This document shows positions 41,523 to 51,210 of a stretch of 64,000 bases of DNA, piece by piece. The DNA lies in sequence record ON540300.1. One strand, 5' to 3'. The notes below the pieces were generated by a model, which was not told the origin of the DNA, searched no databases, and saw nothing but the letters and a program-made list of their open reading frames with translations. The DNA is from Escherichia phage ECOH1. The position numbers were made by a program, and so were the translations under genes. Position 1 is the stretch's first letter. Each line of letters starts with the position of its first letter.

Positions 41523-42038
41523 TTATTTAACCTCAAAAACTGGCTCAAGAACCAATATAAAGTCTACACAATCATCTTCTTCATCCAGAATACCATCAAA
41601 GTTCTTAGGAACGAAGTCGAAGAGGCTCATAACAAAACAGTCAGAAGTAACCCTGATAGTTCCTCCCATGTTCTCTACAGTCAACACTGTACGACTTTCT
41701 TTTACCTCTCTCAGAAGATTACTCACAAAGTCATCTAAGAAGTACTTCATCAGTGACTTAAAACCTTTAGGGTAATCTGTACCAGAGTATGTTTCAATCT
41801 GGGGTACAAGCTTAACATTTATACTAGTCTTTGTTAAGAACGTGCTAGAGAACATGCTATCAGGTAACTTACAAACAATCTTTCCAGTACCTTCATGCTC
41901 AATCTCAACAAAACCAGCTTCGTCGCCACATGTAACTATTTTAAAAGATGCTTCATTCTCATGCTGTGAAGCCATAAACTTTTTAAGCATCACTTTAAGG
42001 AAATCTGCATGAGCATCTTGTAAGTAGATATCAATCAT
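41523..42038 (-). CDS. hypothetical protein (171 aa)
   Basis: ORF track. Confidence 0.5.
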   Translation of the reverse strand: MIDIYLQDAHADFLKVMLKKFMASQHENEASFKIVTCGDEAGFVEIEHEGTGKIVCKLPDSMFSSTFLTKTSINVKLVPQIETYSGTDYPKGFKSLMKYFLDDFVSNLLREVKESRTVLTVENMGGTIRVTSDCFVMSLFDFVPKNFDGILDEEDDCVDFILVLEPVFEVK

Positions 42039-42051
42039 AGTTAATCACCTA

Positions 42052-42411
42052 TTATGGGAACAGACACTTGATGTCATCATTTTTGAAAACAAAACTTGTG
42101 TAGTTGTGACCATCAACATCCAGCCAAACAGCCTGAACATCTACACCATCAAGATTGTGGTAAAGCTCTTTGATGAAGTGGTCTTTCACAACCTGACTAC
42201 TAGTTGTTTCCAGCTTAATGTTTGAGATTGCTGAACCTACAGCCATATAACCCATGACACGTTTCTTCTCAGTATGCTTAATCTTACCATCTTTGTAAGC
42301 CATAATGAGATTGGAAAGAATCTTCACACCATAATACTTTTCAAGGTGAGTAGGTACACCGTAAAAACCTAATGCGAAGTTTTCAGAGTGGATAATGTTT
42401 TCACGTTTCAT
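42052..42411 (-). CDS. hypothetical protein (119 aa)
   Basis: ORF track. Confidence 0.5.
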   Translation of the reverse strand: MKRENIIHSENFALGFYGVPTHLEKYYGVKILSNLIMAYKDGKIKHTEKKRVMGYMAVGSAISNIKLETTSSQVVKDHFIKELYHNLDGVDVQAVWLDVDGHNYTSFVFKNDDIKCLFP

Positions 42412-42412
42412 A

Positions 42413-42742
42413 TTAATCTGCCAACCTTAAATTAAAATTAACACCAAATTTTTCACATACTTCCAACATAAACTCAAGAGAGACATTACCAGTGAGGTTG
42501 ATTATGTTGGATACACGAGCTTGAGAGATACCACAAATCTTAGCAACTTGCTCTTGAGAAAGACCTCTGGATTTAATCTCTCTCTTAAAACGATGTGCAA
42601 CGAAGTCTCTCATTTCGTCTACATCCATTGGACAAATATAACTCTCCATTTCAGCTTCTCTGTCAGCCTCCCAATCATCTTGTGGAGCATAAGGGTCAAA
42701 AACCTCATTCATCTTTCTTCTTCCGTTTACGTGAAGCATCAA
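42413..42742 (-). CDS. XRE-family helix-turn-helix DNA-binding protein
   Basis: C-terminal LSQEQVAKICGISQARVSNI is a typical HTH_3 segment; acidic N-terminal 45 aa. Confidence 0.65.
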   Translation of the reverse strand: MMLHVNGRRKMNEVFDPYAPQDDWEADREAEMESYICPMDVDEMRDFVAHRFKREIKSRGLSQEQVAKICGISQARVSNIINLTGNVSLEFMLEVCEKFGVNFNLRLAD

Positions 42743-42917
42743 TCAATGAATCTATGTTTGTAGCTCTAACCTTTTCACGTTCATCGTTAAGATAATCATC
42801 AAGAGCCTTCTCAATCTGTGAATCATCTTGACAGATAACTGTAAAGACTGTAAAGCCATCTATATCATCAATTATCTTACCATAACCGCTTCTGGGATGT
42901 AACTTTTTAAGAGCCAT
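42705..42917 (-). CDS. small protein (70 aa) overlapping the HTH gene start
   Basis: ORF track; KR-rich C-terminus. Confidence 0.4.
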   Translation of the reverse strand: MALKKLHPRSGYGKIIDDIDGFTVFTVICQDDSQIEKALDDYLNDEREKVRATNIDSLIDASRKRKKKDE

Positions 42918-42918
42918 A

Positions 42919-43302
42919 TCAAATACCTGTGCAGCTTCTGTTTTCTAAGAAATACTCAACACCATACATAGCTTTTTGCATCAAGTCTTCTTTAAACTGA
43001 ATACGATGATTGAGCATAGCCTGTACATCAATATCTTCATGGTGCTTCTCTTTAATGTTTGCAGATTGCAGGAAATACTCTGCAAGAACACGATACTGAT
43101 AGTCAGTTACCTTATCAGTCATCTCTGTTAAAGACTCTTCAGAGATTGGTTTAAGTAACTCACCATTAGCCAAAGCAACACCTTTAACAATCTGACAAGT
43201 GTCTTCTGGAACACCTGATAAGTCCACATTTGGGAGTTCTGTTGCATTGACTGGTAAATTCATTGACATAACCATTGCAGCAGCTAATAAAATCTTTTTC
43301 AT
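42919..43302 (-). CDS. secreted or periplasmic protein (127 aa) with N-terminal signal peptide
   Basis: MKKILLAAAMVMSMNLPVNA signal-peptide-like N-terminus; GAGGT RBS. Confidence 0.55.
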   Translation of the reverse strand: MKKILLAAAMVMSMNLPVNATELPNVDLSGVPEDTCQIVKGVALANGELLKPISEESLTEMTDKVTDYQYRVLAEYFLQSANIKEKHHEDIDVQAMLNHRIQFKEDLMQKAMYGVEYFLENRSCTGI

Positions 43303-43329
43303 AATGACCTCAAAGTTATATTAAATTTT

Positions 43330-43860
43330 GTATTACATTGAGTATAAAAATAAGCTATAACACCTGATTTGTCAACAGATTTTATAGCTTATTTGGCAGA
43401 TTTTTTTTATAAGGCTACTGCCATCCTTCCATACCAAACCATACCAGACATAGCCATACCCGACCGTACCTCGCCTCACAACACTTAAAAATCCTCTTAG
43501 AAGACTCTTAAGTGATGTAATCGAATTTTAATGTAGCTCCGATTAACTACCCATACCTCACCTCATCCAACCATACCATGCCTTACCAGACCGCACCTTA
43601 CCTTATTAAAAGACCCTATTTAAAGACCTTTTAAAAAGGTGAGTCTCATTTTAAATGTAGCTGAGACTAACTACCCATACTGTACCGCACCTGACCCGAC
43701 CTGACCAGACCTAACATTACCGTGCCACACCGTACCGAACAGAACATTGCCATACCTCGCATCACTTAAAAACCCTTTTAAAAGACTCTTAAGTGATGCT
43801 GGTGAGTACCCGTCGGTTTATGCTGCTCAGTATACTCACCAAATTTTCTATGTCAACAAC
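43330..43860. repeat. 530-bp strand-biased (C/A-rich on plus) intergenic region with direct repeats and two covarying hairpins with conserved loop
   Basis: Direct repeat AAAAA(T/C)CC...AAGACTCTTAAGTGATG at 43486-43516 and 43768-43798; hairpins 43518-43545 (TAATCG/CGATTA) and 43641-43668 (AGTCTCA/TGAGACT) share loop TTTTAA(A)TGTAGC and 3' flank AACTACCCATAC. Confidence 0.6.
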
Positions 43861-43862
43861 TT

Positions 43863-44966
43863 TTATTCATAATCCCTAATAACTAGTCCGACAGGGAACT
43901 GTAAAGAACCCTTACGAGTCATCTTCTGGAACTGTACCGTTAAAGGCTTCCCGATAAACTCTTCAGGATGCTCAGCAAGATACTGTTTCTTCTCATGAGT
44001 AGTCTTCCATGAGACATCTACAAAGACGTTAGGAAGAGTCTCTACAACGAACTTGCCATGACCACGCTTATCAGTCTTTACACCAGTCACTTTAAACTCT
44101 TCAGTGTGCATCTTCTTGTGCTTAATCAAGAAGTATGAACGGTGACAACACTCATAGAAGGAGTCTTCAGAGATTGAACGGTACATTGCACCTTCAAACT
44201 TAGCTTCAACCCACTTATCATGAGCTTCATCAAACTCTTCCCAAGAATTTACACGACGAGACTTAACAGGAACAACTTTACAGCCGTCTCTGAAGTCATT
44301 CAATGGTGAAGTCTCAATAATATCTCTACGCTCAGGCCACGTCTTAGTACTATCACAGATATCGTACCAGTAAAACTTGAGCAAGTGTCTGTCAGGATTG
44401 TCTTCATTTTTAATCATGGAGACGATATCTTCTAAGTCCCACCCATGAGCATAAATCTCTCCATCAAATTCATCAACATCTTTGTGGAGCCTTAGCATTG
44501 CCATAATGTCAGGTATTAGTTCGGCAGGGATTTTATAAACAGTATTTTCACGAGAATATGCTGTAAATACACTGCCAATACTTAAGTGTCTTGAAATTCT
44601 ACAACGGACACCATCAAGTTTTGGTTGAGCATCAGCAGGGAACTTCAGATACTTTGCATGACTAACCTTTGCAGCATCATGAGCAAGCTGCACACCTACC
44701 TTCTCAGTATTCTGTGCAGACTCTTTTGTGTAAGCATAGCCTTTGCGGTCAACCTGCTTTTTATACTTAGCAGCAACTTCAAAGAGAGCTTGCTGTTCAG
44801 CGTTACGCTCATTCTTTTTACCGATGTTTTTAGGTTCTGCTGTATACTCTTCAAACATCATCTTGCCATTTTCTTTGCCATACGTGGTAACAACTTTGTC
44901 ACCTACAGCGACACATGACCAGACGTTAAAAGAGCCATCTTTATTTTGTTTGTACAGTATTGTCAT
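43863..44966 (-). CDS. ATP-dependent DNA ligase
   Basis: Motif I PKLDGVRC, motif III FDGEIY, motif V EGAMYRS; start set at Met with GAGGA RBS (track ORF extends to 45002). Confidence 0.8.
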   Translation of the reverse strand: MTILYKQNKDGSFNVWSCVAVGDKVVTTYGKENGKMMFEEYTAEPKNIGKKNERNAEQQALFEVAAKYKKQVDRKGYAYTKESAQNTEKVGVQLAHDAAKVSHAKYLKFPADAQPKLDGVRCRISRHLSIGSVFTAYSRENTVYKIPAELIPDIMAMLRLHKDVDEFDGEIYAHGWDLEDIVSMIKNEDNPDRHLLKFYWYDICDSTKTWPERRDIIETSPLNDFRDGCKVVPVKSRRVNSWEEFDEAHDKWVEAKFEGAMYRSISEDSFYECCHRSYFLIKHKKMHTEEFKVTGVKTDKRGHGKFVVETLPNVFVDVSWKTTHEKKQYLAEHPEEFIGKPLTVQFQKMTRKGSLQFPVGLVIRDYE

Positions 44967-44967
44967 T

Positions 44968-45159
44968 TTATTCCTCTGAGTGATACCAAGTATTGCAAGC
45001 ATTACATGCGTAAAGCTCTAAGTCATTTTTATCTGGTTTATGAAAACAGTTTGCTCCGCAGTGGCAACGAAACGGCTTTCCACCAACTGTCAGGATGAAG
45101 GATTGAACCTTTCCATCAGGAGTCCGTACAGCATTTTTATGCTTGTCTTCTTTATTCAT
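44968..45159 (-). CDS. zinc-finger protein (63 aa)
   Basis: CHCGANC...CNACN cysteine motifs. Confidence 0.45.
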   Translation of the reverse strand: MNKEDKHKNAVRTPDGKVQSFILTVGGKPFRCHCGANCFHKPDKNDLELYACNACNTWYHSEE

Positions 45160-45315
45160 TTGTGCTATTGCCTTTGTCAGATTTCATATAGGACATGTTA
45201 CTATGCCTTTTAATAAAATGTACAACGCATTTTGGTGTATCTTTTGTGTCTTTGATGTGCAATCTATCGAAACTGTGTACTGTGAAGGTTGCATCTGTCA
45301 TTGTCTGCTTAGGTT

Positions 45316-45522
45316 TCATTTTCTTTTACCACCAATCTCTACGTCAATAACTTGAACATCACCAGCAACATCAAACTTATGAATGATGCTTTCCACAGTG
45401 TAAGTCCAACCCTCAATGCGAACCAACTCACCTTCTCGTGGGACGATTGGGTTACGTTGAGCTACGGTTGTAGTGGAGTGAACAACATCATAACAGTAGA
45501 TATAGTTTACTAGGACTTCCAT
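45316..45522 (-). CDS. hypothetical protein (68 aa)
   Basis: ORF track. Confidence 0.4.
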   Translation of the reverse strand: MEVLVNYIYCYDVVHSTTTVAQRNPIVPREGELVRIEGWTYTVESIIHKFDVAGDVQVIDVEIGGKRK

Positions 45523-45948
45523 ATCTTCACCTTAAAAGAATAAGTCAGATGCTTTTGGGTTGATTAAACTCATGCAGTTTTGAAGCATGGCTTCATTGTA
45601 CCCATCTTGGCAAACTACGTAGAGTTTATCGAAAGTTTCTTTTGATGCTGGGTAGACTGATAACTCCTGGCATACACTAAGATACCATTAGTAATCTAAG
45701 CCTCTGCTCCAAGCGTCAGCGATTAGGGCTGTAGCTTTGTCTTTGCTTCTGATAACTTCATCAGACTTTTCAATTTTACTGTTCACGATGTTCTACCTCT
45801 CTGTACGTTCGTCGATAGTATATGATAAGCTGTGCTAACTCGTTGCTTTTAACATCTGAACGTAGCAGTTGCCAATCAAAACCTTTACCGACTCTTCCAT
45901 ATAAGCTAAATAATTTTACTTTGCGTTTCATTTTGGTACTCCCAATAC

Positions 45949-46176
45949 TCAGAGGCCAATACTAATACGTTCACCCTTGAGGACTCCTGTACGGTCTCTT
46001 GCAATCTTGCCGTCAACAATAAGGATATGCGCAGACCTTAAAGATTCACTATTAAAACCTTTTACGAACTTGCTAGGCATCACTACAATGTACATCTTCT
46101 GAATCAACTCTGGAGTGTAGCAGTTATCATGAAGTTGCTGAATAACGTCTGCAAGTGTCATTTTTGATGTCTCCAA
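45949..46176 (-). CDS. hypothetical protein (75 aa)
   Basis: ORF track. Confidence 0.4.
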   Translation of the reverse strand: METSKMTLADVIQQLHDNCYTPELIQKMYIVVMPSKFVKGFNSESLRSAHILIVDGKIARDRTGVLKGERISIGL

Positions 46177-46367
46177 TATTCAATATCTACAAGTTCTTGT
46201 GCAATGCTTTTCAGATTACCTTTCAAGAAAACCTTCTCAGAACCTGAAAGAGATGAATTGTCAATTAACCTGTTCATCCTCTCAAACAACTTCTGTTTAC
46301 GGTTCTTGATAGTTTCCTTTGAAGCACCTTTCATCATCGCTGCATGGGTTCTTCCACGGTGGCTCAT
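46158..46367 (-). CDS. hypothetical basic protein (69 aa)
   Basis: ORF track. Confidence 0.4.
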   Translation of the reverse strand: MSHRGRTHAAMMKGASKETIKNRKQKLFERMNRLIDNSSLSGSEKVFLKGNLKSIAQELVDIEYWRHQK

Positions 46368-46418
46368 AAGCCCTCCTATATAAGATATTGTATAAGGTAC
46401 TCTTCCCTGAGCACCTTG

Positions 46419-46952
46419 TCAACTTAGTTTTGCAAACTCTCCGTGGAGTTTCACAGCAGCTTCACAGTAAGCTTTATGGGCTTCTTCAGGTGTGTCATGG
46501 TGACCTAAAAACATCTTCTTACCTTTATAACTTATCTGTGCGACCCACTTACCAGACTTCTTCTTAAGGCTTACACCCTTGTACCCAGATTTATTGGTGG
46601 CTAGTTTACCTTTATTCCAAGCACTTTGGAAGTCATCTGCTTCCCTTAAGTTTGCAATCCTGTTGTCAAGAGAGTCTCCGTTGATATGGTCAATGATACC
46701 TTTTGGCATCTTGCCATATACATAAAGCCATGCGAGTCTGTGTGCTTTATGTGCTTTCTTGTCAAAATAGATACTAATCTGTTTATGACCAGTTGAATCA
46801 GTCTGGATATTACCTGCCACCTTTCCTGCATAATTACTGTTAAAAACACTAACAGCTCTTGATTTACCTTCTCTACGAAGCCAAGTAAAGACCCCTGTTT
46901 CGGGGTCATAGTGCAGCAGCTCCTTTAAACGTTTTTGTAAAATTAAATCCAT
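46419..46952 (-). CDS. HNH homing endonuclease with AP2-like DNA-binding domain
   Basis: HINGDSLDNRIANLR HNH motif; GYKGVS...KWVAQISYKGKKMFLGHHDTPEEAHKAY AP2-like segment. Confidence 0.75.
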   Translation of the reverse strand: MDLILQKRLKELLHYDPETGVFTWLRREGKSRAVSVFNSNYAGKVAGNIQTDSTGHKQISIYFDKKAHKAHRLAWLYVYGKMPKGIIDHINGDSLDNRIANLREADDFQSAWNKGKLATNKSGYKGVSLKKKSGKWVAQISYKGKKMFLGHHDTPEEAHKAYCEAAVKLHGEFAKLS

Positions 46953-46955
46953 TAA

Positions 46956-49685
46956 TCAATGTACCTCCAACCAGCTCTTACCAACCTTTGCTGTACCAGT
47001 TACAAGTGTTTCTTTCCTCAAACCTAAGTTTTTTGAAGCTTGTCCATACATCCAGTCAGCAATTGCTTTCATATCCTGTGTCATACCCTCTGGACATTCC
47101 CAACTATTTTCATCGTGATATGCCAGAAGTAACCTTGCTCCGATAGCTGGTTTTCGAGCATTCAGTTTTGTCAGGCCATCTTCACAGGCTTTTCTTGCTG
47201 CTAGGTTGATAGCCTCATTCTGAATCTGTGCTTCCGAACTCATCAGGAGGTAGTTCAGTAGTTTATGTGGAGATTTGCACCATATCCATGCTCCAGCGAC
47301 CCTGATATAACCACCTTTAGCAATTGAAGAATTCTTCCCAAAAACCTCTTCCAGAGCCTTTTTAGACGCCTTAAAATCGGCTTCTAAGCTATCAAGTAAC
47401 TTCTTAATCTTTGGCAGACGCATATAGTAAGTTTGTTTAGTCAATGCACCCTCTTCCGTAGATGATGCCTTGATAGTTTTTGCAAACTTCTCGTCTCCGG
47501 CTCCAAATAACAGGGCGTAGATGCCATTTTTGCTCTTCTTACGACCTTTTGTAATCTCGTGAAGAAGTTCCTCATCCTGTGTCTCCCTGCAACGAACAAT
47601 ATCCTCTTCTTTGTTAAGACCAAAGTAAATACTGTTCAGTGTATGCGCATCAGTCCCTGTGTAGACTTCATAGAGGTCATTTTCAGCATCATAACGCAGA
47701 TACTTGTCAGTTTCTGGGTTAAGATACTTGTCAAGATGTTTACAGTAGTATCTACCATCATCTTGCTTAGTGAACTCCACTGACTCTTTACCCTCAGTTA
47801 CCGCTTTAGTGAAGTCTTCATCACCCATAAAGTTACAAAGGAGAACTAGCTGGGCTGAGTTTTGGTCAACAGAAACAATGTTAGTCCCCTCTTCACAAAT
47901 CCACACTGCCCTCATAGGTGCTCCGTAGACAGCAGCACCAGACGGTACGTTTACAATACCATACTGTGTCATACGTCCAGTTGAAGTACCAAACACCATT
48001 GCACCAGCACTAAGGCGACCATCAGGACGAATCTGGTTCAACCAACCTTTTTCATCATCCTTTGAGTTCTCAATAGTTCTGCGTCGGTGCATCAAAGTAT
48101 AGTACTTTGCAATCTTCTGTCCAAGTTCACCTTCAATCGTATCATAAGATGACTCAGTAAGCTTTGGTGAAGTACGGATTAAGCAAGGCTCAAGCAAATC
48201 TGTGTACTTCTTCACAGACCAGTTATGCTCAATGTACTGTATACCTTCATGTTCAACATAACTCAAACCACACCGCTCAACCATTTCCTGCCACTTAGGA
48301 TGTTTTGTAATCATCTTTTTATTGTCTTTGAAACGACAAACTTTGACAGGGCGACCGTCTGAGTCTTTCTTGTAGTTCCAGTCATCTGGAATCCAACCAA
48401 CTGATTTCAAGTAGTCTTTAACAACGGCTACCTGAGTCATACGAGAAACTTCAAACTCAATTGGTGTATATGGTGCATCAATCAAACCTGTGTAGCGACT
48501 TGACTCAAGTTCAAAGTGGTTAACAACGTGACTGTTATAGTACTTCACAGTCTTGACTGTTTTTACTGGTTTCCAGTCTTTGCATTTCTTACCAATCTTT
48601 GCGTTCAACTCATTGCAAATTGCACGAGCATCCTTCATTGCTACAAAACCTTCCTTGTACTCTTCACCAGTTACAGTGTTGGTTGGTGTATAGCAATTTC
48701 TCTTTTCAATGTTAAAAATCTTTGTAGTTGGCTTACCAAATGGTTTAATTTCGTATGTCTGCATCTCACCATTACGTACCTGCTGACGATACTTTGTCTT
48801 AGGGTACTTGGTAATTCTCTTCAGTCCATCTGCATGACCAAATGTTTCAACATACTCATTCCAAGCTTTTGCAAACTCTTCTCCAGTGACTTTACCTTTG
48901 GTCTTAATAGTTGGAGGCAGGTGTGGTTCAACCTCTGAAGCAAGCTCATTAGTCAACTTGTCAAGTTCCTTTACATGGAACTCCATAAGCTCTTTATCAG
49001 CTTTCCAGCCATTGATAGCTTGTTGACTCATCCAGAAAGATGTTTCTTTAGCTCGCATATAGGTTTCATAAGTGTCTATGCCACACTTCTTTAGCTTCAG
49101 ATATTCATTATCCAGTGCGCGTTTAGTTTTGGCGTTAATACGGATATCTTCTACAACACGAGTGAAGATTTCTGCATTCCACACACCCCAATGTTCAATC
49201 TCTGGTTTACGGACACCAACACGAGCACCCCATGCAGCCAAACCATGAGCACCTTTATAACCCTTTGGAGTTGGTCTATCCATCCACTGAACACGAGACT
49301 GGATAAGAGAATCCTGAAAGAAATTACTCCACGGCTTGCACTTTGGATTATCAAAGTTCCATAAATCAGGTGCAATGTGATTGAAAACCCACCAGTCATA
49401 ACCCAGACCATTATGGATGCAAAGTCGTTTTGCCTTTAACGCAAACTCAATACCTTCACGTAAGCCACCCTTGATGTACTTGGTATACTTGTGACCGAGG
49501 ATAGGTTCATCTGTAAAGACCCATACAGGTGGCTCTTCATCGTCAGATTTATAGTCTGCGAAAGCCATTACGTGCACTTTAGTGAACTCAAGGAGTAAAC
49601 CATCAGTTTCTGTATCACCAACCAAATGTAAGTTTTTAAAATCTACGTTTTCCATTTTTACTCCCTCTAAAATCATTAACCTCAT
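46956..49685 (-). CDS. family A DNA polymerase with 3'-5' exonuclease domain
   Basis: Exo motif GDTETDGL; pol motifs VDQNSAQL, K...YALLFGAG, YHDE. Confidence 0.85.
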   Translation of the reverse strand: MRLMILEGVKMENVDFKNLHLVGDTETDGLLLEFTKVHVMAFADYKSDDEEPPVWVFTDEPILGHKYTKYIKGGLREGIEFALKAKRLCIHNGLGYDWWVFNHIAPDLWNFDNPKCKPWSNFFQDSLIQSRVQWMDRPTPKGYKGAHGLAAWGARVGVRKPEIEHWGVWNAEIFTRVVEDIRINAKTKRALDNEYLKLKKCGIDTYETYMRAKETSFWMSQQAINGWKADKELMEFHVKELDKLTNELASEVEPHLPPTIKTKGKVTGEEFAKAWNEYVETFGHADGLKRITKYPKTKYRQQVRNGEMQTYEIKPFGKPTTKIFNIEKRNCYTPTNTVTGEEYKEGFVAMKDARAICNELNAKIGKKCKDWKPVKTVKTVKYYNSHVVNHFELESSRYTGLIDAPYTPIEFEVSRMTQVAVVKDYLKSVGWIPDDWNYKKDSDGRPVKVCRFKDNKKMITKHPKWQEMVERCGLSYVEHEGIQYIEHNWSVKKYTDLLEPCLIRTSPKLTESSYDTIEGELGQKIAKYYTLMHRRRTIENSKDDEKGWLNQIRPDGRLSAGAMVFGTSTGRMTQYGIVNVPSGAAVYGAPMRAVWICEEGTNIVSVDQNSAQLVLLCNFMGDEDFTKAVTEGKESVEFTKQDDGRYYCKHLDKYLNPETDKYLRYDAENDLYEVYTGTDAHTLNSIYFGLNKEEDIVRCRETQDEELLHEITKGRKKSKNGIYALLFGAGDEKFAKTIKASSTEEGALTKQTYYMRLPKIKKLLDSLEADFKASKKALEEVFGKNSSIAKGGYIRVAGAWIWCKSPHKLLNYLLMSSEAQIQNEAINLAARKACEDGLTKLNARKPAIGARLLLAYHDENSWECPEGMTQDMKAIADWMYGQASKNLGLRKETLVTGTAKVGKSWLEVH

Positions 49686-49713
49686 ACATTACTGCAAAAA
49701 ATTATAAAAAGCA

Positions 49714-49750
49714 AGTTGACAATGCACTTGACAAGGTGTTAATCTTTGCG
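49714..49750 (+). promoter_or_regulatory. tandem TTGACAA boxes (GTTGACAATGCACTTGACAAGGTGT), second copy of element at 8421
   Basis: Direct comparison of the two intergenic sequences. Confidence 0.5.
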
Positions 49751-49850
49751 AAGTGGGTTTTTACTTAAAAGGTTACTTAACAGTTTAAATATACAGATAC
49801 TTTAAAACTCTTAAAAGATTATTTAATAGCTTTTAAAAAGCTTTAAAGTA

Positions 49851-49870
49851 TAACGTATAGAATACGTTAA
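49851..49870. promoter_or_regulatory. operator-like perfect palindrome TTAACGTAT-aga-ATACGTTAA
   Basis: Read directly; AT-rich divergent region between polymerase and 49913 gene. Confidence 0.45.
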
Positions 49871-49912
49871 GATAAAAGATTAAAACTTAATAGTTACTTA
49901 AAAGAGGCTTAC

Positions 49913-50335
49913 ATGCAGAAAATGTTTGTTCACCCAGACATAGCTGACTTTGTTAGAGCTTTGCAGAAGTTGGAAGAACTTGACATTGCTGCTCAACGGG
50001 AATATGCTCACCATCACAGGAGAATGGTTGATATACAACATGAAATAGAGTTGTCTGAAAACTATGAAGATGACTTAAAATGCTCTGTATTTGAGCATAT
50101 GAAAGATGTTGCTACAGCGAGACGTAAAGCTAAAGACACAGTTGCTTTACTAGATTCTCTTAAAAAGAGGTTGCAAAGTGGTACAGACCTGTGTAATCTA
50201 GCATCACTGATTAACGATGTTGAAACTTCTTGGGATAGGCACTATTATCCACGTTCTGAAAAGACACTTGACTTTTCTTCATCCGAAAACTTAAAATGTT
50301 CTAGAAAGAAACTCAACCAACTGAGAGAGAAATAA
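49913..50335 (+). CDS. hypothetical protein (140 aa)
   Basis: ORF track. Confidence 0.55.
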   Translation: MQKMFVHPDIADFVRALQKLEELDIAAQREYAHHHRRMVDIQHEIELSENYEDDLKCSVFEHMKDVATARRKAKDTVALLDSLKKRLQSGTDLCNLASLINDVETSWDRHYYPRSEKTLDFSSSENLKCSRKKLNQLREK

Positions 50336-50336
50336 T

Positions 50337-51149
50337 ATGAATATCAATGTAGAAAAGATGCTTGAAGAAAAAGGTATTGACGAAGCGTTCTTAATCAATG
50401 CCGTAGAAAGCATGGCTATGATTCTTCGTGGCAACAACTACACAGAACAGTTTATGCCTGCAAGCTATAACTTGCCTAAAGATAAGTCTGATAACGGTGC
50501 TTTTGCAGAACAGGTTAATATGATGCTGTGTGATAAAACACTTGCTTTAGCATCTATCGTTGTAGGTGTTGATGCTCTTGCAGAGTTCATTTTTTATGAG
50601 ATGCAGAAAAATGACTATATTGCCATGACCTCTGAAGAAAAAGACTCGCTACTGCTCTTAGGTTATGATGAGCTAGTTAACCTGTTAATTTCGTCAACGA
50701 GTGCTGTTATGGCTGCTCTTGAGAAGCGAATGGAAGAGAAGCTGTCACGATATGAAAAGCTTGATTGGGGTGTAGAAGAGTTAAACCCACGAATCAAAGA
50801 GATTATCCAGCAAACCAAAGATTCTTTGGAAGAAGCTGTGAAAAATGATTCTGTAGCTGACATAGAGCCACTTCAGGTGAAAGTTGCATTGATGATTCCA
50901 GCCATCTCCACGATGATGAATATCGTTGCACTAATCCAGCTTTCACAGATGATGGGCACAAGCATTGAGTTCATTGAGAGTATGACTGGTGGTGTGAGTA
51001 TGCAAGCAATCAATGATGTTCTGGTGAGCATTGGTGCTTCAATCATTGAAGAGAAGCTGCGCATTAACTTTGGTGATGATTTTGTGAAGCAAATCTCAGC
51101 TATGGCTGAAAAAGAGTATTCACAGGCTAATACTGACCAACTGCACTAA
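50337..51149 (+). CDS. hypothetical protein (270 aa)
   Basis: ORF track. Confidence 0.55.
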   Translation: MNINVEKMLEEKGIDEAFLINAVESMAMILRGNNYTEQFMPASYNLPKDKSDNGAFAEQVNMMLCDKTLALASIVVGVDALAEFIFYEMQKNDYIAMTSEEKDSLLLLGYDELVNLLISSTSAVMAALEKRMEEKLSRYEKLDWGVEELNPRIKEIIQQTKDSLEEAVKNDSVADIEPLQVKVALMIPAISTMMNIVALIQLSQMMGTSIEFIESMTGGVSMQAINDVLVSIGASIIEEKLRINFGDDFVKQISAMAEKEYSQANTDQLH

Positions 51150-51175
51150 GTCTTTATAAATTTTACAAGCCTCCT

Positions 51176-51202
51176 TAGTTGGGGGCTTTTTAGTAATTAA
51201 GG
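51176..51202 (+). terminator. Rho-independent terminator
   Basis: AGCCTCC-ttagtt-GGGGGCT then TTTTT; near-identical to the minus-strand terminator at 1164-1195. Confidence 0.65.
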
Positions 51203-51210
51203 GAGATAAA

